Virus record (IMG/VR): IMGVR_UViG_3300025160_000011
Location: 1 to 40,983 of that record
Reading direction: 5' to 3' (one strand)
DNA from: a virus
Taxonomy: Duplodnaviria; Caudoviricetes
Length of the DNA stretch: 40,983 nucleotides
Within the stretch, counting starts at the first letter, position 1, and the number at the start of each line of letters is the position of its first letter. Below, in pieces: positions 1-6,665 of this stretch. Below the pieces are notes generated by a model, which made no database searches, was not told the origin of the DNA, and saw only the letters and a program-made list of their open reading frames with translations. Position numbers and translations under genes: made by a program.

Positions 1-2
1 CT

Positions 3-1937
3 AACTTTACTAAAAATCAATCATTCTTAGGTAAATGCCATCATAAAGAAAAGAGAATTCTAATCTCAATCCTTCATCTCAACTCATGCGGCAGTCAGAT
101 GGAATTCGAGAATACTGTCCTGCATGAAATAGCTCATGCTCTAGTTGGACCTAATAATGGCCATAATGAAGTATGGAAGAACAAGGCGCTTGAAATTGGC
201 TGTCATAATCCTTCGCCTTGTGGAGTATTAAACATTGATGCAGGAAGGTCACTCCAAGTTAGCGAGACTAAATCATCTCCTAATAAACAAAAATTCAATA
301 GAATAAACGTCAATTGTCCTGTCTGTTCTAAGATTGCAGTAGAGAAATCCTCAATCTTAATGAATGGAACTAAATGGACAATACTAGAGTGTGGTCATTT
401 AGTTAAACATGAATCAATAATCAATAAGATAGGTGACTATTCTAACTGGACTAGTAAATCGGGAAAAGTAATATTCCCCTTCCAAGTAGCTGGTATTAAA
501 TTCCTAGAGGATTCAGGAGGAAGAGCACTAATTGCTGATGAGCCAGGATTAGGAAAAACAATTCAGGCGCTTGGATTCATTTACTTTCATAAAGAGGAAG
601 TATCTCCTACTCTCTGGGTATGCAAGACTACCCTTAAACTTCAGGCGCTCAAGGAAACTCTAGACTGGTGTGGCGTTGAGTTTATGGCTCAAATTATCCA
701 GTCACCTAAAGCATTCATCATTCCTAATCTTAAGCTTTATATTATCAGTATGGACTTACTGAAAAATATGCCATCTGCTAAACTTGAAGCTATTGGAGCT
801 AAGACAGTAGTGGCTGATGAAATTCAGCATTTTAAGAATCCTGATTCTAATAGAACCGCTGAATTAAGAAAGTTAGTATCAAGCGCTGAATACTTCATTC
901 CTCTATCTGGAACTCCTTGGAAGAATAGAGGAGAAGAATACTTTTCAGTTCTTAACATGCTAGCTCCTGATAAATTCTCATCTTTCGCTAGTTTCAAGAA
1001 TCGATGGGTCGATACTTATTATGATAAGAGAACAGGAAAGACTAAACAGGGAGGAATTAGAGATATTCCACGGTTTAGAGAATATACTAAAGATTTCATC
1101 ATTCGTCGTCTTAGAGATGATGTTCTGCCTGACCTTCCTAAAATCAATCGCCAGATTAGATTCGTAGACATGGAAGACCTTTATCAGAAAGCCTATGATA
1201 AAGCTGAGGAACACGTTGCTAATCTTCTAAAAGCTTCACTAATTGATGGAACTAATGTAGCTTCAATGGCAAGCGAGATAATGAAGCTTAAGCATATTAC
1301 TGGACTAGCTAAGGTTCAGACTTGTATAGAAGACGTTCAAGAATTTATCGAAGATACTGATGATATGGAAAAGATTACAATATTCCATCATCATATCGAT
1401 GTAGGAGATAACCTACAAAAAGGCGATGGCCATCTCTATTTTGGACTTGATAAATTTCTAGTAGAACAGGGACTTAACTCTTCTCTTAGATTATTCGGAG
1501 GTAGAAGTCCAGAAGAGAGAAATAATGTAATCGAGAGATTTAGGAATGAATCTAAAAGTAGAGTTCTAATAGCTTCTACTTTAGCCAGTGGAGAAGGACT
1601 TAATATTCAATTCTGTCAAAATGCAATAATGATGGAAAGACAATGGAATCCTGGTAATGAAGAACAAGCTGAATTAAGATTCTCCAGGCCGATTACTGAA
1701 TCTGAACTTCCGGATTATCTTAAACCAATCGCAACTAGAAAGATAAGCATTAGAGTTCCATACATGATTGCTGATGGAACAATTGATTCAATGTTAACTG
1801 ATATTGTTGAGAAGAAAAGAATAGCATTCAGAAGAACGATGAATGATAAGGATGCTAATATTACTTGGGATGAAAATGAGATGATTAGAGAATTAACGGA
1901 GCTTATTATTAAGAAAAGATTTGGAAAAAAGTCATGA
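3..1937 (+). CDS. SprT-like zinc metalloprotease domain + Zn ribbon + SNF2-family helicase/translocase (5'-truncated by the window)
   Basis: The frame is open from nt 3 (NFTKNQSFLGKCHHKEKRILISILHL...), upstream of the tracked ATG at 99. Motifs: HEIAH...H zincin; CPVC...CGH; SNF2 motifs ADEPGLGKT, DEIQH, LSGTPWKN, GEGLNIQ, WNPGNEEQAELRFSR. Confidence 0.88.
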   Translation, partial: NFTKNQSFLGKCHHKEKRILISILHLNSCGSQMEFENTVLHEIAHALVGPNNGHNEVWKNKALEIGCHNPSPCGVLNIDAGRSLQVSETKSSPNKQKFNRINVNCPVCSKIAVEKSSILMNGTKWTILECGHLVKHESIINKIGDYSNWTSKSGKVIFPFQVAGIKFLEDSGGRALIADEPGLGKTIQALGFIYFHKEEVSPTLWVCKTTLKLQALKETLDWCGVEFMAQIIQSPKAFIIPNLKLYIISMDLLKNMPSAKLEAIGAKTVVADEIQHFKNPDSNRTAELRKLVSSAEYFIPLSGTPWKNRGEEYFSVLNMLAPDKFSSFASFKNRWVDTYYDKRTGKTKQGGIRDIPRFREYTKDFIIRRLRDDVLPDLPKINRQIRFVDMEDLYQKAYDKAEEHVANLLKASLIDGTNVASMASEIMKLKHITGLAKVQTCIEDVQEFIEDTDDMEKITIFHHHIDVGDNLQKGDGHLYFGLDKFLVEQGLNSSLRLFGGRSPEERNNVIERFRNESKSRVLIASTLASGEGLNIQFCQNAIMMERQWNPGNEEQAELRFSRPITESELPDYLKPIATRKISIRVPYMIADGTIDSMLTDIVEKKRIAFRRTMNDKDANITWDENEMIRELTELIIKKRFGKKS

Positions 1938-2113
1938 AATCTCATAAAGCTTATCTAGGCGATGCAGTTTACATTGATTTTGATGGATTCAATTTAATTT
2001 TAACTACTGAAGATGGAATTGAAGCTACTAATACAATTATTCTAGAGCCAACAGTATATCAAACTTTAGTTGATTATGTCGAACGATTAAATAATGAACT
2101 TATGGAAAGTTAA
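1934..2113 (+). CDS. Hypothetical protein, 59 aa (not in ORF track)
   Basis: ATGA overlap with the upstream stop; MKSHKAYLGDAVYIDFDGFNLILTTEDGIEATNTIILEP...; fills the gap exactly. Confidence 0.7.
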   Translation: MKSHKAYLGDAVYIDFDGFNLILTTEDGIEATNTIILEPTVYQTLVDYVERLNNELMES

Positions 2114-2117
2114 TAAT

Positions 2118-2342
2118 ATGACATTACCTTCAGGTTATTGCTCTCGTTGCGGTTGTGGATTTCTTAAATGCGAATGTGAATCATTCCATCCTAATTATTC
2201 AGAGAATAGATTTTCTCTTTCAGATAATGAGGTATTAGCATTCTATGATTATTTTCTAAAGAGAGCAGGATACATTAGTCCTGAATTTGATAGCGAAGTA
2301 TTAAAGATTATTAAGAAAATCGAAAATTTTTTAGGAGCTTAA
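2118..2342 (+). CDS. Small Cys-rich hypothetical protein
   Basis: ATG 2118 follows the previous stop (more likely than 2094); CSRCGCGFLKCEC. Confidence 0.65.
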   Translation: MTLPSGYCSRCGCGFLKCECESFHPNYSENRFSLSDNEVLAFYDYFLKRAGYISPEFDSEVLKIIKKIENFLGA

Positions 2343-2348
2343 TTTAAA

Positions 2349-2522
2349 TTGAATAATAGAAGATGCAATAAATGTCGATCCAAAGACATTTCATTAAGAT
2401 TCTGTCTTTCTTTTCAACCTTTTTCAACTTGCATTCTTGCTAGAATAATGCGCTCGCACTTACATTTTATATGCAATACTTGTCCCTATGAATGGATAGA
2501 ATATGATAATCAGGATAATTAA
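2349..2522 (+). CDS. Zn-ribbon microprotein, 57 aa, TTG start (not in ORF track)
   Basis: AGGAG at 2333-2337 precedes TTG 2349; RCNKCRSKDI...FICNTCPYEW, a TFIIS/RPB9-like CxxC..CxxC.W pattern. Confidence 0.6.
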   Translation: MNNRRCNKCRSKDISLRFCLSFQPFSTCILARIMRSHLHFICNTCPYEWIEYDNQDN

Positions 2523-2623
2523 AACAATCATTCGATACTGGAAATATTATAGACATGATGATTATGTTAATGTTAAGAAAGAATGGATAACTAAATCATG
2601 AGAATTTTAGTGAAAGATAAATC

Positions 2624-2857
2624 ATGAGCCGATGGAAGCATAGTATTACCAAATATGAATTCAGAGAATTTGCCGCTTCAATTAGTGAGGATGGTAAGGT
2701 AACTATTAAGCATCATGTAAGTGGAGAAGAATACGACGAGATAACAGTTCCAGCAAGTCTAATCTTTCAACTAGCTTATATGCTTAAAGGTTCAAGGAGA
2801 TTAGTTCATGATGATAGACAATCAATTACTAGCGATGCTAGAATGGATAAAGATTAA
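2624..2857 (+). CDS. Hypothetical protein
   Basis: 77-aa ORF in operon orientation. Confidence 0.65.
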   Translation: MSRWKHSITKYEFREFAASISEDGKVTIKHHVSGEEYDEITVPASLIFQLAYMLKGSRRLVHDDRQSITSDARMDKD

Positions 2858-2954
2858 TCAAGGAGGGTCAATTCTATTAGCTTTTATTTCAGTTTCTTGT
2901 ATCATTGAAGGTCTTATTATGTTAATTGTTAAGAAGGATAAATTAAATGACTGA
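2808..2954 (+). CDS. Small single-TM membrane protein, 48 aa (not in ORF track)
   Basis: AAGGAG upstream of ATG 2808; hydrophobic SILLAFISVSCIIEGLIMLIV followed by KK. Confidence 0.5.
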   Translation: MMIDNQLLAMLEWIKINQGGSILLAFISVSCIIEGLIMLIVKKDKLND

Positions 2955-3834
2955 ATCTACTAATAATCCAGAAGAAAAATGGACCAATGTCATGGTAGAT
3001 TCCTCAATCTTAAGCACCTTCATGGCATGTCCTCAAAAGATGGATTATGTTTTCAATAAACATTTAGTTTCAGTTCATGGAGTCTCTAAATCATTTGAGA
3101 AAGGACAATTAGTTCATATTGGACTTCATGCTTATTGGAAGGCTAGGATAGAAGAGAAAGATTATCAAGAATCATCTGTCATAGGATTAGATGCAGCAAA
3201 GAGAGAATCAGTTAAGTTTAATAATCTAGATGCCGAAGGCTCATTAGATGTATTCAAGAGTCTAGTAGAATATTTCAAGTATATTCAGAATCAATCATGG
3301 ATTCCTCTATTTGCAGAGCAGCACTTTAAGTTTATTGCTTATGAAGATTCATCAATTAGACTACGAGTTATTCTAACAGGTAGAATTGACTTAGGATTAA
3401 AGACCCCTCAAATTCCTCTCATTCCAGTAGATAATAAGACAGAAAGTGAAAGATGGTTCTATTCTCAATTAAGTAATCAGTTTAAGATATATGCATTAGC
3501 TTGTAAAGTTAATGTTTTAGGAGTCCAGCGATTTGGATTTCAGAAGACTCTTAAGCCAGAAGAAAAGTTTAAGATGGAACTAATTCCATTCGATCCTGAT
3601 GTTCTAGAAGAGTTTAGAACGGTTACTCTCCCTTATTACTGTAAACAACTACTACTAATGAGAGAAGAAGGATACTATCCTAAGAATCATTCATCTTGCA
3701 TCAGTGGCCATTTTGCTTGTCAGTTTTCTGATAAGTATAATGGAGGAATTTGTAATGTCAGTAGAAATATCAGGGATCAGAAAATTGAAAGATACTTCAC
3801 GGTTGGAGAACCGTGGGATCCGGCTAATTTTTAA
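2947..3834 (+). CDS. PD-(D/E)XK exonuclease, Cas4/AddB-like, probable 4Fe-4S cluster
   Basis: TFMACPQK, G..VH, AEQHF, GRIDL, DNKT and QFKIYA motifs; three C-terminal Cys (SCISGHFACQF...GIC) give the 1+3 Cys pattern. Confidence 0.85.
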   Translation: MTESTNNPEEKWTNVMVDSSILSTFMACPQKMDYVFNKHLVSVHGVSKSFEKGQLVHIGLHAYWKARIEEKDYQESSVIGLDAAKRESVKFNNLDAEGSLDVFKSLVEYFKYIQNQSWIPLFAEQHFKFIAYEDSSIRLRVILTGRIDLGLKTPQIPLIPVDNKTESERWFYSQLSNQFKIYALACKVNVLGVQRFGFQKTLKPEEKFKMELIPFDPDVLEEFRTVTLPYYCKQLLLMREEGYYPKNHSSCISGHFACQFSDKYNGGICNVSRNIRDQKIERYFTVGEPWDPANF

Positions 3835-3838
3835 TCTA

Positions 3839-3970
3839 ATGACTAATAAAATATTTCATTATCATTGTAATAACTGTAATATTAATTTTAAACTCTACTT
3901 CAAATTGATTTATAAATTTTGTCTTTGGTGCCGTTCTAAAAATATAATTGAAGTAATTTCTAATGACTAA
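3839..3970 (+). CDS. Zn-ribbon microprotein, 43 aa
   Basis: ATG 3839 follows the nuclease stop; YHCNNCN...FCLWCRSKNI. Confidence 0.55.
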   Translation: MTNKIFHYHCNNCNINFKLYFKLIYKFCLWCRSKNIIEVISND

Positions 3971-4139
3971 ATTATTTTGCCCTTATTGTAAAAGTGAAAC
4001 GTGTTGTGATTGTATCGAAAGAGCTAATTGCAGTAAAGTGGGACAGATAGGCCATAGATTATGTGGTATTTGCCAAATACATAAAATGCCTCGATTAGTT
4101 TGCGGATGCTATATTAAAAATGAGCCCAAATCAACATAA
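3963..4139 (+). CDS. Very Cys-rich microprotein, 58 aa with 10 Cys (not in ORF track)
   Basis: MTKLFCPYCKSETCCDCIERANCSKVGQIGHRLCGICQIHKMPRLVCGCYIKNEPKST; overlaps both neighbours by a few codons. Confidence 0.6.
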   Translation: MTKLFCPYCKSETCCDCIERANCSKVGQIGHRLCGICQIHKMPRLVCGCYIKNEPKST

Positions 4140-4416
4140 ACATCAGTATAGGAGAGTCCTAATCGGCTCTAAATGGGCGATGAGATGTGTTAAATCTAAT
4201 TGCTCCCATTATATTTGGGGAAATGGTAAGTTTTCCTTTCCTCTCCTTATTGATAGGATCGCTGAATGCTCAAGATGTCATGAATTTTTTCAATTGACTA
4301 GAAGAGCAACTAGAATGAATAGTCCATGCTGTGAAGACTGTATTAAGAGTAGGAATAAAAAGAAATTGGAGAGCGCTGCGGAATTTTTCAAATCATTAGA
4401 GGAATCAATCCAATGA
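4120..4416 (+). CDS. Zn-finger hypothetical protein
   Basis: HKH...C..SNC, CSRC and CCEDC motifs. Confidence 0.7.
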   Translation: MSPNQHKHQYRRVLIGSKWAMRCVKSNCSHYIWGNGKFSFPLLIDRIAECSRCHEFFQLTRRATRMNSPCCEDCIKSRNKKKLESAAEFFKSLEESIQ

Positions 4417-4598
4417 CATTTAATGAACTCGAACAAATTTACGATATTCTTCAATGGACTGATGGGATTGTATCTGATAAATGTGAGGAGGATTTCAAAG
4501 TTAAAGTAAAAGAAGCAATCAAGATTATTGATAGAGAGATTCTTTTGAGAACTATGGACCCTAGAAAAAAGCATGACAATGATTATCTTGGTCATTAA
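4413..4598 (+). CDS. Hypothetical protein
   Basis: ATGA-coupled 61-aa ORF. Confidence 0.6.
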   Translation: MTFNELEQIYDILQWTDGIVSDKCEEDFKVKVKEAIKIIDREILLRTMDPRKKHDNDYLGH

Positions 4599-4814
4599 AT
4601 GAATATGAATAAACTTATCATTGAATTAGCTTGTAATGAATGTTCAACTTACTACAATGATGAATTTGTTGAAGATAAAGTAGTTGAATTCGTTCCAATA
4701 GGTGATTTATCCTTTAACATTTCATCCTATGCACAATATCAAGAATATGAATGTCCTGTTTGTAGTCATAGGGTTAGTCTTTATATTCAGCCGATTAGAG
4801 AAGTATTAAATTAA
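4599..4814 (+). CDS. Zn-ribbon hypothetical protein
   Basis: CNEC...CPVC; abuts the neighbouring genes. Confidence 0.65.
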   Translation: MNMNKLIIELACNECSTYYNDEFVEDKVVEFVPIGDLSFNISSYAQYQEYECPVCSHRVSLYIQPIREVLN

Positions 4815-5672
4815 ATGCCAATAAAAGCAGATAATCAAGTGATAAGACCCGTTATCTCAGCATTATTCAAAGGAAGAACAGGAACAGGTAAATCAATAGC
4901 TGCATGTGGAAAAGAGTTTAGGCCAGTTTATGCTTTTGATTGCGAGGGAAGGTTTAATTCAGTCATCAATTATTATAAAAAGCTCGATGGCCATTGTAGA
5001 GATGTAGAATATGATACCTTCCCTATGAACGGAGGATTCTATCCTCTTGATAAACGAATGGATGAAATTGCAGCAAGATGTGAGTATAAAACTGTAGTAG
5101 TCAGTTCATTAACTTCATTTATTCATATTGTTCTATTTCATCTAATTCAAGCTAAATCAGGAATGAAAAGATCAAGCGGAGCGCAAGCAGGAAAAAAGAT
5201 AGGAGGAATTCCTGTTAATGAATTAGAGGATTATAATGCTGAAGATGCAGCGATCATTTTTGAGCTTCTAAATTTTCTAACTAATCTCAAATCACAAGGA
5301 GTTAATGTAATTCTAGAAGCTCATATTTCTCCTTATGAAATCAATACTATTGAAGATGGACAAAGAGTAACTACTACAATTAATCAAATTCTAACGAAAG
5401 GAAAGAAAGCTCCTGCACAAATTCCAGGATATTTTGATGAGGTTTATTTATTCTATAAGAAATTTGAAGGAATTATAGCAGGTCAAGGAAAAGCATTCTA
5501 TGAATTTACAACTTCTGGTAGTAGCACAGATGAATGTAAGACTTCTAACGGAATAGTAGGATTCAATTGGACTGATTTAGATTTCTCCGTTGAGTTAATG
5601 AAACAAATAAGTAAGGAGATTAGAGAAACTCCTAGAGTCGATCCTAATTTGCCAAAGGTAGTTAAGTTCTAA
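4815..5672 (+). CDS. Sak4-like / AAA_24 RecA-fold ATPase (single-strand annealing recombinase)
   Basis: Walker A GRTGTGKS, FDCEGR, VNVILEAH, IPGYFDEV; lies between an exonuclease and an SSB-like gene. Confidence 0.78.
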   Translation: MPIKADNQVIRPVISALFKGRTGTGKSIAACGKEFRPVYAFDCEGRFNSVINYYKKLDGHCRDVEYDTFPMNGGFYPLDKRMDEIAARCEYKTVVVSSLTSFIHIVLFHLIQAKSGMKRSSGAQAGKKIGGIPVNELEDYNAEDAAIIFELLNFLTNLKSQGVNVILEAHISPYEINTIEDGQRVTTTINQILTKGKKAPAQIPGYFDEVYLFYKKFEGIIAGQGKAFYEFTTSGSSTDECKTSNGIVGFNWTDLDFSVELMKQISKEIRETPRVDPNLPKVVKF

Positions 5673-5722
5673 AATAAAGGGGAGGTGATTTACCATCTCG
5701 GATTATCCTCCGAACATAAAAA

Positions 5723-5757
5723 ATTGGGGGTCGCGCATCCAATAAAATAACACGCGA
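5723..5757 (+). ncRNA. Candidate H-type RNA pseudoknot, copy 1
   Basis: ATTGGG-GG-TCGCG-CA-TCCAAT-AAAATAACA-CGCGA: S1 6 bp, S2 5 bp; a covarying copy lies at 27228-27261 (-). Confidence 0.6.
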
Positions 5758-5796
5758 AAATCAACTAAACTCACTAACTAACTAAAGGACAAAAGA

Positions 5797-6189
5797 ATGA
5801 TTACAGTAAAAGCCTCTGATGCGCTCCGATCTGAAACCCTTACTCCTGGTTGGACTACTGGAAAATGCACTGGATATAACCAAGCAGTAGCAGCGACAGA
5901 TGGAAGTGCGGTTCATAAGTTCGAGATTGAAGTGGCAATTCCAGGAATTCCTATTCCGGTTCCGCTTTCTGAATATGTTATTTCAGAGAAGGCCACTGGA
6001 ATGGGAAAGAACTTCTTCATCGCCTGTGGATTTCCAAAGGAAGAATGGAATAAGATGGTTCAGGGAGAAGTAGCATCCCAGCAAGTCGATCCGAATTCTT
6101 GCATTGGTAAGGAATTCAGAGTATTCGTTACTAATGAAAAGTTCGGTAATCGTGTAATGAATAAAGCGGGAGATTTTCTTCCTCTTTAA
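5797..6189 (+). CDS. Probable single-stranded DNA-binding protein (DUF669/phage SSB-like OB fold)
   Basis: 130 aa, directly after the Sak4-like gene; L.PGW...KC, SCIGKEFRVFV..E.FG.R..NK..DF pattern typical of this class. Confidence 0.6.
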   Translation: MITVKASDALRSETLTPGWTTGKCTGYNQAVAATDGSAVHKFEIEVAIPGIPIPVPLSEYVISEKATGMGKNFFIACGFPKEEWNKMVQGEVASQQVDPNSCIGKEFRVFVTNEKFGNRVMNKAGDFLPL

Positions 6190-6221
6190 GTAATAGAATT
6201 CTTTAAGAAGTAGAAAGAGAA

Positions 6222-6391
6222 TTATTCTCTAATCTTCGTTAGCTCTTAACCGTGTAAGTTAATCTATTTCGTTAGTCTTAAGTAAATAGATTAATCGAAG
6301 GAGCGGAGCAAATACAATGATAGGTTAGAGAATAAGGAGGGAGGATTAGGTAATGCTGTGGATTCTATCCAAGTGTTCCTAATCTTCCTTC
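6222..6391 (+). ncRNA. Candidate structured RNA (multi-stem domain plus a second long hairpin)
   Basis: 14-bp stem 6222-6235/6322-6335 encloses an 11-bp stem 6259-6269/6284-6294; a second 14-bp stem forms at 6337-6350/6378-6391. Imperfect pairs in these stems are G-U on the + strand. Confidence 0.55.
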
Positions 6392-6410
6392 ATTAATAAG
6401 TTAGCAAAAA

Positions 6411-6665
6411 ATGATTAATAAAATCAAGGAAGAAGTAATATGGTATAGAAAATGTAGAATGATCGTAGAATATCATGAATTAATGAAAACTAAGAAGATC
6501 GATAAGAGAAACCATAAGTGGAGATTATTAGATACTAGTCGTGATTTAAACCTATCAATCGGTTATATCAGTGAGAGTATCAGACTAAATAAAGCAATAG
6601 AAGAATTTCCTTTCCTAATGAAACTATCTAGAAAATCTACTCTATCTTATCTCAAGCGCCGTTAA
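6411..6665 (+). CDS. Putative HTH DNA-binding protein
   Basis: WRLLDTSRDLNLSIGYISESIRL resembles a helix-turn-helix; basic protein; TAATG-coupled to the polymerase. Confidence 0.6.
   Translation: MINKIKEEVIWYRKCRMIVEYHELMKTKKIDKRNHKWRLLDTSRDLNLSIGYISESIRLNKAIEEFPFLMKLSRKSTLSYLKRR

Noticed and set aside
978-1945. Minus-strand ORFs 978-1214 and 1715-1945 (likewise 4290-4595, 9440-9676, 10708-10890)
   Set aside because: Antisense shadows of well-supported + genes; Ser/Ile/Phe-rich with no motifs.
2450-2460. GCGCTCGCACT repeated near 40936
   Set aside because: An 11-bp match inside coding frames (RSH codons); consistent with chance.
2947-3834. CRISPR-Cas system suggested by the Cas4-like gene
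   Set aside because: No repeat-spacer array or other cas genes; stand-alone Cas4-like nucleases are common in phage recombination modules.
3704-3838. 5' extension of the tracked ORF 3704-3970
   Set aside because: Overlaps the nuclease C-terminus; ATG 3839 gives a cleaner gene.
5723-5757. PreQ1-I, SAM-II or guanidine-III riboswitch, or frameshift-stimulator identity for the pseudoknot
   Set aside because: The conserved nucleotides of those classes are not present, gene context does not fit, and there is no slippery site within a CDS upstream.
6241-6310. Twister-ribozyme-like fragments (UAA after GCUCU; GUCUUAAGU loop)
   Set aside because: P2 and the two pseudoknots could not be built convincingly by eye; kept only as a generic structured RNA pending cmscan.
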